Below are positions 26,563-40,022 of a stretch of 64,000 bases of DNA, piece by piece (the first letter of the stretch is position 1; each line of letters starts with the position of its first letter). A program made the position numbers and the translations under genes. The notes below the pieces were generated by a model that did no database searches, was not told the DNA's origin, and was given only the letters and a program-made list of their open reading frames with translations. This stretch comes from Lama glama (lineage: Eukaryota), in NCBI GenBank assembly GCA_028534125.1, contig CM052817.1, forward strand, positions 74,836,001-74,900,000, read 5' to 3'.

Positions 26563-26745
26563 CTGCCAGAGAGGGTCCTTCTGCTCAGGGAAGAGTTCAA
26601 AGTACTTGTGGGCTAGCTGCAGTGGAGACAGAGTTTGCAATTTCAGGTTGGTCCAGCCCTGCACGAAGTTGGCCAAGTTCACAAAGGTGTACAATCCAAG
26701 GCGGTCATTCCCATAGTTCGACAAATGGGTCATGAAAATGCTGAT
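26563..26745 (-). CDS. NDST4: NDST4 coding exon (183 nt, phase 0/0): [61 protein letters not shown]
   Basis: Acceptor cttctttttcag|ATC and donor CAG|gtaaca. Contains the NDST motif [14 protein letters not shown]. Overlaps ORF 26434..26733. Confidence 0.97.
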
Positions 26746-26849
26746 CTGAAAAAGAAGTGAAAATGGCCATAAATATCAGATGCATATGCTTAAAAGTGGC
26801 ATAGAAGCTCCAGGCACTACCTCACCTAAACATGGAATTTCAGGAGAAG

Positions 26850-27024
26850 TAGAATGCCAGAGGCAGCTGTCTGTAAGTCAGAAGAGAGGTCTCCCTAGAA
26901 ACTGAATTTCCTGGCACCTCAATCATGGACTTCTAGCCTCCAGAACTGTGAGAAAATAAATGTCTATTGTTTAACCCACCCATTCTGTGGTGTCTTGTTA
27001 TGGCAGCTTGCAAAGACTAATACA
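26850..27024 (+). mobile_element. MLT1-type (MaLR) LTR, 3' half
   Basis: ggacttctagcctccagaactgtgagaaaataaatgtctattgtttaa...ttgttatggcagc...ctaataca. Confidence 0.85.
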
Positions 27025-28190
27025 GGTAGAAAGCTACACATTTGATTTCTATTTCAAAGACACTCTTAAATTTACTTTTAAAATTAATTGAAATTGGGAT
27101 TGGCATCCCCTCACTGCTCACTGAAAGTATAGTATTATTTTACACATCAATTTTTCTCCATTGTGGAATCAACACCATCAAACCCAATAATCTAATAAAT
27201 CCTAGACTAGAGAAGAACCAGAATTAGACAAGTTCTAAAATTAAACAGTTGTTTTGGTATAGATATGTGTACAGCTTGAGATGAAATCAGACTCAAGAAA
27301 ATTTGTTTTTCTGTGATCTAATGAGGAATTTTTACTTCAATGAAGAAACAATATTTGCAAAGAAACTGCATTTAGCCAATAATCTTCTATACTCATTCAT
27401 TATTTTACAGTTTTTCCTACCTCAATATTAACTCTAAAAATATTTGGGTATTACATTTTTGTGGACCAGAGACTAGGAAAAAGTGAAATCTAGATTAATT
27501 GCTCTTGAAATATCAACAAAAAATTTGAATGTGATTACAGATATAATCTAATATTCAATCCATCAAGAATTGTAGTTGGGATAAAAAAATACTAAATAAA
27601 AGAGAACTTACATAATCTTGATCTAAATTGCAGAAATTACTAATGCAACTCATAGAAAGGGATTTCATAATTTTCTAAAACAATATTGGTACTTGCTTCT
27701 CAATCTTATATATATATATGAATTTTAAAAATTCATTTTATTACTTATTGTTTAGATCTATAAGTATTTCAGAACAACTAATATAATTAAATCATTAATT
27801 TCATTAGAAAAGTAAGAGTAATATAATGGTATGAGTAATAACATTAAAACAAATATAACATGTGAAATTAATCAGACAAATAATATTCACAGATCAATAT
27901 ATACAAGAAAAGTCAAGTGTCATGTGGCTATTTTTTATATGGTTGCTTACTAACTTTTTCTTAAGGGTTTCTGCTTATTGGTGTGCTGGTTTGGTTTTTT
28001 TATGGGCTATTTTAGAAATAAAAGTGTGTTTTCAGTAAACCGTTCCAATATCATATCATTGCAACCTGGTTAGAATTGTCAGCCTTGCATTAAAGGTTAT
28101 ACACTGCAAAACTCTTATTCCCAAGACCTAACATGTCACTTGATAACTGTGAATGCCCAAAGAGGACACCTTTTGTCTTAAAAATAATAG

Positions 28191-29642
28191 AACATTATTG
28201 CGTTATATGCAAAATATACAAAGAACTCATACAACTCAATATCAAAAACAAACAAACAAGCAAACAGCCCAACTAAAAAATGGGCAGAGGATATGAACAG
28301 ACATTTTTCCAAAGAAGACATGCAGGTGGCCAACAGGCACATGAAAAGATGCTCAAGATTGCTAATCAACAGGAAAATGCAAATGAAAACCACAATAAGA
28401 TATTATCTCAGACCTATCAGAATGACTACTATCAAAAAGACAACAAATAGCAAGTGTTAGAGATGATGTGGAGAGAAGGAAACCTGCATGCACTGTTGGT
28501 GGGAATGTAAATTGGTGCAGCCATTATGGAAAATAGTATGGACATTTCTCAAAAAATTAAAAGTAGAACTACCTTAAAATCTAGCAATTCCACTCATGGG
28601 TATTTATCAGAAGGAAAAAAGTACACGAATTCTAAAGGATATGTGTATCCCTGTGTTCACTGCAGCATTATTTACAAGAGCCAAGATATGGAAAAAGCCT
28701 AAATAAGTGCCCATAAATAGATGAATGGATAAAGAAGATGTAGTATATGTGTGGTATATATATTTATATATATGAAATATATAATGGAATATTATTCAGT
28801 CATGAAGAATGAAATCTTGCTATTTGTGACAACATGGTAAAAGTAGTAAGTCAGGCAGTGAAAGACAAATATTGTATGATTTCACTTATATGTAGACTCT
28901 AAAAAACAAAACAAATGAACAAACATAACAAAACAGAAACAGTCATAGATACAGAGAACAAACAGATGGTTGCCAGAGAGGAGAGGACTGAAGAAAGGAG
29001 AGAAACAGGTGAGGCAGATTAAGAGATACAAACTTCCAGTTGCAAAATAAATGAGTCACAGGTATGAAATGTACAGTGTGGGGAATATAATCAATAAATG
29101 TGTAATTACTTTGTACAGTGACAGATGGTAACTAGACTGATCATGGTGATCATTTTGAAATGTACAGAAATAACAAATCACCATGTTGTGTAACAGGAAC
29201 TAAAATAGTGCAGTAAGCCAATTATACATCAAAAACAAACAAAGACACAAACTCATAGAAAAAGAGCTCAGATGTGCGGCTACCAGGGGCAGGGGTGGGG
29301 TGAGGGAGGGAGAATTGGACGAAAGCAGTCAGAAAGTCCCAACTACAGATTTTCAGCTATAAGATAAATAAATATGAGGGATGTAATACACAACATGATA
29401 AACATAATTAAGACTACTGTATGCTATATATGAAAGTTCAGAGAGTAAATTCTGAGTTATCATCATGAGGAAAAATATTCCTTTTTTAATTTCTTTAATT
29501 TTGTGTCTATATAAGATGATGAATGCTCACTAAACTTACTGTGATCATCATTTAAGATATATATTAAGTCAAATCTTTGTGCTGTGCACCTTAAACTTAT
29601 ACAGTGCTTTATGTCAATTTTACCGCAATAAAACTAGAAGAA
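28191..29642 (+). mobile_element. 5'-truncated L1 (ORF2 C-terminal remnant plus 3'UTR and A tail) with an 11-bp TSD
   Basis: Classic L1 phrases (aaatgggcagaggatatgaacagacattt, cactgttggtgggaatgtaaattgg) and aataaa before the A tail. TSD AAAAATAATAG lies at 28180-28190 and 29643-29653, at a TT|AAAA endonuclease site. Confidence 0.92.
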
Positions 29643-29869
29643 AAAAATAATAGCTTACACAAGAATTACAAACACAATACTCTGGCAAGATAGCATCAGT
29701 TATAAGTTAAAAGTATCAGGTTTAACAAATGCCCATTACTCGAAAGCTGAAAAGGAGTCTCTGAGGAAAATCCATTAAAATGATGAAAGCGATTCCTCAC
29801 CATGGTTGAAGGTGGGAAGGAGAGTGACAGCCCATTGTCCTCAATATCCTCAATTATGTCAAATATCAC

Positions 29870-30080
29870 TTAAAATGCATATAGCATTTTCTATGTGCTA
29901 GGCAAGAATCTAAGTGCTTTACACGTAAGTCCTCACAACAGTCCTATAGGGTAGGTACGGTTACTGTGCCCGACAGATGAAAACACAGAGGCACAGTTAA
30001 AAATCTGTTCAAGTCCCACATCTAGTCAATGGCAGAGCAGAATTTAAAACCTAGGCAGCTTGGCTTCCAAATCTGGCACA
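29870..30080 (-). mobile_element. MIR SINE
   Basis: ctatgtgctaggca...cctcacaacagtcctataggg...acagatgaaaacacagaggcacag. Confidence 0.75.
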
Positions 30081-31620
30081 ATATACCCCAAACCTTCACC
30101 TAAACAGTTTTATGTATAGAGTTTGACATCCATCATTTTTCCCTTTCACTTTTTTAGAAATAAAAGACAAAGAATATCTATCCATAAAAGAAAGTGGAAA
30201 ATCTATGTAAATATTATCTTGGCAACTTAAAGTTTTCCCTTTTTTTAAATTGAAATGATAGAGCATACATTATTTTTGGACTCCTACATGCAAATTTTTA
30301 TGACAATGAATTATATAGTATTTGAAACAAATTTTACTGACGGACTGCAAATTCATCTTTGAAGACAGTATCATACCTATCATGTTTCCAGTCCATTTTC
30401 CCCACAGGGGGCATATTTAAAACCTTTTATTCTAAAGGTCAAAAAGAAAAAAAAGCCATCTAAGGACTTTTCTTTATGTAACTTGTTTAGATAGAAATTT
30501 AAAATTAAACCCCTCAAATTTTAATTGGTACAATGTTTTTTGTGATTCACGTGGAATCCTTTAATTAGGCTCAGGGTAACAATGTCACTTAATTTTTCAT
30601 TGGCCCAACTTGCTTTCATTTTTAACGTCTTTTATTTTTTTTCAAATGGGAAGCGCCCTCGTGGCAGGACTGTATAGAATTTTAAAAACATAATATAGTA
30701 TCAGTAGTTGATGACCATATAATTGCAATTGTTGTCAAGAGAACTCCTCATCACCACAAAATTATATGCATTTAATCCCAGTAAGTGTGCATTTATCTCA
30801 TGTTACTACTGTAATTAAGAAATAAGACAGTATAAGTAGTGTTCTTCAGGATAATTATAGTTTCTTAGAACTGAAATTATTATAAAAAACCAGACTGCAG
30901 TCCAAATGCCTGAAGAAATATAATAATGTCCTAGAAATCTACCACTTGACCTCTAGAGAGTGTTGTTAGGATGGAACTTTAAGGATTTAAAGTTTAAGCG
31001 TTGTTAAGATGAAAGTTTATAGGTGTAAGTGTCTAAAATCCAACAAATTTGCAAATAAAAATACTCCTCAGAGAATATTGTAAAGATTGTTTTTATGTCA
31101 TGGGCAGATATACACTATTTCGTTAGGTATTACCATAATGCTTTTACAAGATTTTGTGGCCCGCTAGTTCTAAGCCATTTATACAGAATTTCCTTCGGAG
31201 AACAAGCCTTGCCTTCTGAAGGAAGTGTAACACAAATGCAGGGCACATGGAAAATCCACCTTTGGAAGAAAGCAGTATCTGGAGATGTTGTGTGGTTCTA
31301 AGCTGAAGCACGCTTCTGCATTTAAATGTCTCTTTGCTGAGAAGAAAAAACAAAAACAAAAACAACAACACCGAGTACCCTAGCCAGGATAGTCACAATC
31401 ACCGTGTACAGCGCAGCATGTGAACATGCCTAAGTGGCCAGAAATAAATTAGTAATGGTACATGGTCAGTTGATTGCACTTTACGAAGAAAAATTCTGCA
31501 AGCACCGCTTAACTGTGCATATCTGATTTTCTAAAAGCACCTGCTGATTAGACAGAACATTTTAATTTCAGTATTTCTGGGCAAATGGCTTGTTTAAAAA
31601 CAAAACAAAACAAAACAAAA

Positions 31621-32120
31621 NNNNNNNNNNNNNNNNNNNNNNNNNNNNNNNNNNNNNNNNNNNNNNNNNNNNNNNNNNNNNNNNNNNNNNNNNNNNNNNN
31701 NNNNNNNNNNNNNNNNNNNNNNNNNNNNNNNNNNNNNNNNNNNNNNNNNNNNNNNNNNNNNNNNNNNNNNNNNNNNNNNNNNNNNNNNNNNNNNNNNNNN
31801 NNNNNNNNNNNNNNNNNNNNNNNNNNNNNNNNNNNNNNNNNNNNNNNNNNNNNNNNNNNNNNNNNNNNNNNNNNNNNNNNNNNNNNNNNNNNNNNNNNNN
31901 NNNNNNNNNNNNNNNNNNNNNNNNNNNNNNNNNNNNNNNNNNNNNNNNNNNNNNNNNNNNNNNNNNNNNNNNNNNNNNNNNNNNNNNNNNNNNNNNNNNN
32001 NNNNNNNNNNNNNNNNNNNNNNNNNNNNNNNNNNNNNNNNNNNNNNNNNNNNNNNNNNNNNNNNNNNNNNNNNNNNNNNNNNNNNNNNNNNNNNNNNNNN
32101 NNNNNNNNNNNNNNNNNNNN
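31621..32120. other. Assembly gap (500 N)
   Basis: Run of n. The round length suggests a placeholder size. Confidence 1.
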
Positions 32121-33089
32121 CACTTCTAGATTTAAATACCCATGACATAATTTTTGTGCAATTATCAGAGACAGCTCAAGTACTGCCTTTTCAGTCCTGG
32201 GCAACTAATAACTTGATATAGGCATACATCTGTGGTCTCAGATGCCAAACGTAAATAATATTTGCCCAAACTTAATAGAATTATACTATTCTGCCACTCA
32301 GTCTAAAAACCCAACATTAGCTTGGTTGGAATTTACTGCTGAGATATACCAAGTATCATATATTGAATGATTGGTTAGGGATTTTTTTAAATACATGATG
32401 TTGTTGAATCAATGTTAATCTATTGATATAACTTTACCAAGTAGTTTTATGTTCATTTTTGTTGTATTGTTTGATTAAATACTAAAAACTCATGCTAATT
32501 TTAGAGAAAAGGAAATGAAGATTCTAATTTTAGAGGGGAATGAAGATCAAAGGGTTAAAATGATCTATCTGAGATTACAGAGGGAACCCCAGCAAACCAG
32601 TGCTCAAAGTTGGGCATGGGAATTCAGAATCAGTGCTCTCTCACACCCACAGTCCTGCCAGAGGCTTTGGTAACAAGTTTATCAAATTTCTACTTTTTGC
32701 TTTTTCCTCCTTCTATCACTTTAATTAGCTGGTAGATTTTATTTGCAGGTTAAAACTAACATTTTTTGATATACTTTTCCTAGAATTGATCCAACATAAA
32801 GTTTTATTTACATATGAAAAAACTTTTTTTTTTGAAATGGAAAAAAAAAGAAGTCACCATTTCAATATTTTTCTCGCTATACACCTGTACATTTCAAATG
32901 ATTATTGACTCAACATTTCAAGACAGTACATATTGATGAAAGAAATGGTTATTTCATTTATGAAATTACCATATTTCTTAATAGAAATGTCATAGAAATG
33001 GAAAGTAACTCCAACCTTCTTATCTTAAAGAAACATGTTTGACTGATTGTAACAGAAATTTCAAGACATATTCCTCTAAGAACTATTCT

Positions 33090-33212
33090 TAGAAAGAGAA
33101 AGAAAAAGAGAAGGGGGAGAAGGAAGGGAAAAAGGAAAGAAGGAAGGGAGAGAGAAAAGAAGGCAGGTGAGCAGGAAGGAAGAAAATAAAAGGAAGAAAG
33201 AGAAGCAAAGAA
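33090..33212. repeat. GA-rich low-complexity tract
   Basis: Almost pure purine run on +. Confidence 0.85.
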
Positions 33213-34369
33213 AATCTCCAACATCAACCATATCTCACCATCTGTAGGGCAGATGGACAGGAAAAAAATAGGTATGATTTAGTTCTCGTCTTTAAATCTC
33301 TACTGAGTAAACTCCAGCTATTGATTTAACAACTCAGGCTACTTCCCTAAGCAGAGGGAGCTTTTTTGTTCCATGTGACTTTCAATGTGGTTTCATGTAA
33401 GATATGCATCACTACAGGCATTTATTTATAATTAATTAATATTCTGAGTTGATGTTTTAACATCCTATAACCTTGACTATTTAAAGGAAGAATTTTCTTG
33501 GGTGTGTAATAAAACTAAACCTTTGTTTTTAAGTTGGAGCAGGTTTAATGAAGAAAACAATGCTAATCAAACATTTGAAGAAACAAAACAGATAGCAATT
33601 AAAATATTATCCTGGGGATCTTTATTGCATAAGTCAGAAAATATAGAGAAATGAGTTTGGGTTGTTGTTATAACTCACACTGGTTTGGTCTGCACAAGGT
33701 GGGACAGCGCCAACATGAAATCTGGAAACAGAATGCCTCGGTTCGGGAACTGTCCTTATCTTATTATATCAATTAATTTCTCTGAATCCCAGACTTCTCT
33801 CCTCCAAATGAAAACAATAACTTAAGTTTACAGTTCTGTGTGATTCTCAAATGGGTTGGGGTATTCCAAAACATTTTGTAAAATGAAAAGCTCTGTATAA
33901 AATTTATCATCATTATGCATATTCAGTTAAGGTAACTACGGTGTAGTTAACACATCAAATATAATTTTAAATTGGTGAATTCATGTCTCAGACATAATCA
34001 TATCTTTTGTAAGTGAAGTTGGTGTCTCTTTGCTCTGCTGAAATCTCTGGATATACCATGCTTCTGATAATTACTGTGATTTCTAGTCAAACCAGAAAAT
34101 GTTGGAGATGTGTATACCAGAGCAAAAATCACTGAGTTTGATACCTAATACATGAAGCTCTTTTATAGTCTTCATGTAATTTCTTAATAAATGCAAGTTT
34201 TATCTCCCAGAATCACCTCTGACAGCTGCAGTTAAAAAATCAATAGAGGAGGAGATTGTTAAATGGAATCCTTCGTTTCATTTCAAAAAGCGCAATAAGG
34301 AGATTTTACAAACAGACAGTACTCAAGAGGAGTAGCAATATGAGCTGATGTCTGCTTTGTCCCCCACCA

Positions 34370-34590
34370 CGCACTCTAAGTCAGAGTACCCCCGCCCTCT
34401 GCCTTGACCTTCAGGGCACTCACTGCCTGATAGATTATGTATTTGGTTATTTCTTGTCCCTTCCTTCACTCCGTGTTAGAATGTAAGCTCCTTGGGTCCA
34501 GCTATTCTACTGCTGCTACATCCTCAGTGCTAGTAAGATATCTGGCAATACTAGGTGCACAGGAAATGTTTATTGAATAAACACATGAAT
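34370..34590. mobile_element. L2 3' end
   Basis: tagaatgtaagctcc...cctcagtgctag...aggtgcacaggaaatgtttattgaataaa. Confidence 0.7.
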
Positions 34591-35929
34591 CCTGGATAAC
34601 ATACACTTCTCTTGATAGCAAAAAATATGAAATAACTTAATTGCTTTCTAATTATTCCCCAGATTGCAAAGACGTGAGGGGAAAATAAAACACTCTAGCC
34701 TAAATCCCTGAAAACAGCTGGCATTTAACGGGGTATGATGAATCGCTAAATTACATTTTTTATTTGTGTTCTCCATTTCCATGATCAGACTAAATGCAAC
34801 AGAAGTTCCATTCTGCGTCTGATTATTTACCAGTGTCCCAGTTTTTCAGTCATAATATTTGGTTAGTGAATTATTAACAAATCAGAACTGTTTTGATTCA
34901 AGACCAACTAGAGTGTAAACACTCATCTTCCCGAATAAAGAAGTTGGGCAGTGACTTCGTGAAAGCAGCCATAAATAGGGCAGCTGTTCTAACAGAGAAC
35001 AGAAGGCCTCTGCTCTATTTCAGTGAGCCGGAGCCTGACTCTCCATTTTTCTTGTACATTAATAGAGGCCTATGTCATTAAAAGGCAACACTTGCTCACG
35101 ACCATATCACTATTGCATATAATTGTGTTTTGTATTTCTTAAACAGTCAAGTCAGAACTGAGGTTTTAGATGTTGCCTTAATTGCCTTTTAGAATGCCCT
35201 GATTTTGAACAAAGATCTACCATTTTTACACAAAGAGACACAAACAACCAATGCATCTGAGCTACTTAGCATCTTTAGCTACTCTCTTTTCAAGGGATCA
35301 AATCTCCTTTCTAACCATGTTGCAATGATGCCACATAAAAGTCACCGAAGTGCAAATTCATAACCCCAGGAATAATCATGGGTACTTCAGCTCCTCGGCA
35401 GAGAAAACATGTCCATTAGTGGTTGGTGTAAGTTGCACTTAAAGCCTCAGAGTTCAACAGCTTTCAGGGGAAAAAAGGTAATTTTTATTTAGTCAACCAA
35501 TTAATATTTATTTATTAAATGCCTACTAATAGGCAGTCTATTAGGAACTAGAAAGATAATCATGAATAAATTACGAATAGTTTTTGCCTGAAGGAGCTTC
35601 AGGTTAGGGGCAATATAGAAAAGAACATAGCAGATGACACTACAATGTGATGTGGAAGTTCCCTGCTTTGTGATATCACACAGGTGGGTTGGGCAGTGAT
35701 CTCAGACTTGTGGAAGGCTTCTTGAAAAAAAGGGAGCAGACAGTTGAATTCTTCCAGATTTGGGGGCTGCCAGATTTATGGAATGGAAGAAAAGTGGGAC
35801 AAAGGATTTCTTAGTGATAATTGGCAGACAGAGATCGAAATTATCCCAATGTGCTTTCTGTAAATTAACAACATTTTCAATCTTTTAAAATATATTTTTA
35901 TACTTTAAGCCACTCACTTTATAGTTACA

Positions 35930-36470
35930 GAATGTCCTAAGGAATGGGAGGCAGGAATTGTGAATACTCTGTTACAAAGTATCTGCAATACATATGAAGC
36001 AGCTTATAGTGTTTTTTGAAAGTAGTCTCAGGTTAGTTAAAAATGTATGTTGTAAACTCTAGGGCCATCACAGAAAGTTTTTAGAAGTATAATTGATATG
36101 CTAAAAGAGGAAATAAAATGGAGTCATTTAAAATGTTCAGTTAAAACCAGTGAAGACAAAAAAAGAAAGGGAGGGAAGAGGAAATGCAACAAAAAGAAAA
36201 CAGTTATAACATGGTAGATACTAACCAACAATATCAATAATCACATTAATTGTAAATGTTCTAAATACACCAATTAAAAGATACAGATTGTAAGAATGGA
36301 TTGAAAAAACCAAGATCCAACTATATGTTGTCTACAAGAAACCAAGTTGAGTCGCTATAACTCAACTAAGTTAAAAGTAAAAGGATGGAAAGAGATCTGC
36401 CATTCTGACATGAAACAAGTTAGAGTACCTATATTTTATTTTAGAAAAGCTGACTCCAGAACAAGAAGGA
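35930..36470 (+). mobile_element. Old L1 fragment (inter-ORF region and start of the ORF2 endonuclease), degenerate
   Basis: atatcaataatcacattaattgtaaatgttctaaatacaccaattaaaaga...ccaactatatgttgtctacaagaaacc. This corresponds to the L1 EN motifs S-I-I-T-L-N-V-N-G-L and I-C-C-L-Q-E-T. Confidence 0.85.
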
Positions 36471-36519
36471 GTTGTTCATGGATAAAGAGCACATACACTG
36501 CCAAGAACAGACACCAGAC

Positions 36520-36620
36520 TTTGCACACTCACACATATACTCACACCCACATGTGCAGGTACACTCATGCACACACGCACATGCACTTGCACATCCATAC
36601 ATACACTTGGTGTGCACACC
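36520..36620. repeat. Degenerate (CA)n-like alternating purine/pyrimidine tract
   Basis: Directly visible in the sequence. It explains the His/Thr-rich ORF 36347..36691. Confidence 0.8.
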
Positions 36621-39600
36621 CCCACCAACTCCAAGCTACTAGGGAGACAAGCAGACATAGCATTGGGAGAAGGAAAACACTTTGGGTTTAAAATCACAAC
36701 TTTTAAGTTAAAGCATTTATAATGTTCTGATAAATGTGGCTAAAGAGTTATGGATTCTGGCTAAGCTCTTCCTATGGAATCCTCTACCTTACAGGAAGCA
36801 GAGTTCTATGTAGCACAGGCAAGTTTCAATAAAGGTGTTATATAATCATGTTTTCCCACAATAGTTCTCTAATAGTTCACTATAATATGGTACCTTTAAA
36901 AATTATTTTATCTAAACATTTTAACAAAGGTAATGCTTTTATCTATTTTAAAACTTGTTTTAACATGGGTTAAATCAATATCCATTTATAACATTGATTT
37001 GAATTAACTTTTAAAGGGTATTCATTCCTCATTTAAAAGTATTTGTGTTTTTTTTTTTTGCCCTTGTTGTCTTTTAGTAAAGAAGTCACATAAAGGATAT
37101 AAATATTTCTCCAGCTTATGTTAAACAAAGAGTATTAGAATAAATCCTCCATTGAAACATCGTGATTGACAAATAATATCAACAATACGTAGTGTGATAT
37201 TAAAAATAGGAGGACTAAAATTTTGATTAATGTGAGCCAGGTGACTAAAATGAGTTTGGTTTGGGGGCTGACCCTATTGTGTGAAAGTCATCTCAGTGAC
37301 CTGTGACCTTTGCGGTTTTGCAATGATCATGTAAGAAGATAAAATTCTATCTCTCCCTTTCACCATTTCCCCCCTCTGTCTGTCTTTTTCCTACTTTCTA
37401 CTCTGTGTTGTATACTGATACAACTATGGGTTTTGCTGGCCTCAGTCTTTTTACTGAACTAGCAAAATGTTCTGTAATTTCCAAGCTGTCAAAGTCTGAT
37501 CTTCATGCCAGCAGGCTATATTTTTAAATACAAGAATAGCATCATGAACAAAAACATTCCTGTCAGATGGCCATTTCTCAGTACCAAAACAGCTCCATCC
37601 TTGCTTATCTGTCACAGCAGTTCTTTGAGATTTGAGTGTTTAACATGTGTCATCTCTGACAGTCTACCATTACAGATTACAGTCTGCTATTATAGATTAA
37701 AAAGTATGTAGTCCACTCACTGCTGTTGGAGCTCCCGGAACACTTGGATCTGGTAACTCAACAAACAGCTGCAGTAACACAAAAGGATTGCTGAAACAGA
37801 GACTTTGGACTGACAGAGTGCTAATTTTAATAATAACAAACTGTCTCAGAATTCAACACTTTTCATATTCATGACCCTTCTGCTCCTGATAAAAAGCAAT
37901 TTACATACCTGAAAACTGTTCCCGTGCTTTAATTTGGTACTTGTATAGCTATCGTGTGTTTTTATTTCAGCCCATCTGATGTAAGCATTAAGTGTTTTCT
38001 TGGTAGTATTTCTTCAATGAAAGGTCAAAGAGGCAACATTCAAAAAGATTTTTTTCTCTTCTGCATTACCATAGCACTTTGAATATGGCTTTATGCTATC
38101 GTTCACTGTATTTTAATAATCAGCCATTCTTTCCAACTGGTTGTGAGCACATCTGGAGCAGGGATAAATTTTATACATTTCTTTATCTTAGACTCTGCAC
38201 AGTTCCTGGCTTAAGAACAGGAAACTGAAAGAGGAAATAAAATGGAGTCTCTCAATGGATGTAGGGGCCAACAATTACATTATCATAAAACATCTTGGAT
38301 TTATAAATTCAGAAAAGCAAAACAAAAACAAAAGAAGATGTACATGATAGAAAGCTTGAACTCACGTTCAAGGCAGTAGGGAGTATGGTTTCAGTACTGA
38401 TTTGGCGAACTCAAGCTTTGCTTGCTACGCTCCAGTAGATAGCCGTGCTGATACACTTACATTTTTAAATAATAGTGAACAGTAGACCTCCCAAACAAAA
38501 CAGGTCTATGAATTGAACTTAGGTCACTGGTTGACAGTTTTTTAAACTTTGAAGAAGGTACTCAATCAGTATATAAATAGCTAAAAGCAGGGCATCAAAA
38601 ATTATGTATTTTCATGTTCCACTCATTTTGTAACATGATTTCATTAAATAGTTGTTCGTATTTTAAAATGTATCATTCATTACAATATATGCATTTATAT
38701 TAATTAATAAAACTAATAACAATTCTACTGATAAGGAGTTTAAAGTTATAAAAATACTTTCAAAAATAAAATACAGTACAATTTCTTTTTTTATCTATAT
38801 AAATTGGTAAATCAAGAGCATAAAGAGATGGTTTTCAAATTGTGCTTACAAATTTGAAAAGTTGCTTTTCCTTTAATTTAAATATTTTAAGCCATCATAT
38901 ATTGATCAAACAACCTTTCACTTATCTCTTCATGAATTTCTAAATCTCAGTGATGGGATCCATGTGGTACACTAAGCAGCTATGTAAGACTGTTACAAAT
39001 AAAGTGAAATTGTCATTAAGTTATCTAAAAGCAAACCTCAACTATTTTTCCTTTTAACATTTGTATTGAAATTTAGAAAATCATGAAGAGATAAGTGAAA
39101 GATTGCTTCATCAATATATGACAACATAAAATATTTAAAGAAAAGGGAAAGCTACTTTTAAAATTCTGCAAGCACTGATGCAATTTGAAATGTTGTGCTT
39201 TCAAAATTATTATTAGTAAGTAATACTTATATTTTCATGAGATCACTGTTTAATAGGGAAACAGCAGGTGTAAAAAGAGAGTGTTGGACAATTCCAGCAC
39301 TTGTCCTAGTTTCATGGAGCTATACTTACTTGGGACCATTGACAATTATGATGCAGAAACAAAATATAATTCAATGAAAATGTCAACAGAGGAAGTAAGG
39401 TTAAATTATGGAAACAAGCAATGCAAACATATTATAAGGCATATGGATGAACACAATAGGTAGCATTTGCTTTGAAAACAGACCGGAGGTCTTCAGTGGG
39501 TTGGTGCGGTCCAGGAAGAATTCACGAAATAGGAGGGACTTCAATTAGACTTTGAGTATGAGTGAATTTTGACTACCTCAAGAAGAAAGTGTTTAGTATT

Positions 39601-39666
39601 ATATCACCTTGCATAGGAAGGAGAGCATGAAAATGGGACACATAGGGCACACTGGGGAATAGTAAG

Positions 39667-40022
39667 TTTTACAAGCTGATTGTGCCCCCCTAAAATTCAT
39701 ATGCTGAAGCCCTAAATCCCAGTCCCTCAAGAATGTGACTGTAATTGGAGATAGAGCCTTTAAAAAACGTGATTACGTTAAAATGTGGCCCTTAGGATGG
39801 GCCCTAATCCTATCTAACTGGTGTTATTATAAGAAGAAGGTGATACCAAGGATGCATGAACATAGAGGAAGCACCATGCGAGGGCACAGCATGAAAGTGG
39901 CCATCTGCAAGCAAAGGAGGGAGGAGCATGGACTTCTAGTCTGCACAACTTGAGAAAATAATTTCTGTGTAAACCACCTCGACTGTGGTATTTTGTTATG
40001 ACAGCTCTAGCAAACTAACACA
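39667..40022 (+). mobile_element. MLT1B-like MaLR solo LTR inserted into an L2 relic
   Basis: tgtgcccccctaaaattcatatgctgaagcccta...gtggtattttgttatgacagctctagcaaactaacaca. A near-TSD of 5 bp is present (GTAAG / GTGAG). Confidence 0.85.

Noticed and set aside
28178..28393. [25 protein letters not shown]...
   Set aside because: This is the familiar antisense translation of L1 ORF2, not a gene.
31190..31224. Small hairpin ttccttcggag...ttctgaaggaa
   Set aside because: About 35 nt with mismatches. Too short for a pre-miRNA and expected by chance.
31410..31432. p53-like site (CATG tgaa CATG; GAACATGCCT)
   Set aside because: Only one good half-site, and the core spacing is 4 nt rather than the canonical 6.
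31548..32204. Four long ORFs (179-218 aa)
   Set aside because: They are artefacts of translating the N gap.
37900..37930. AG|GTATGT recursive-site candidate on the minus strand
   Set aside because: The upstream pyrimidine tract is very short and contains a competing AG.
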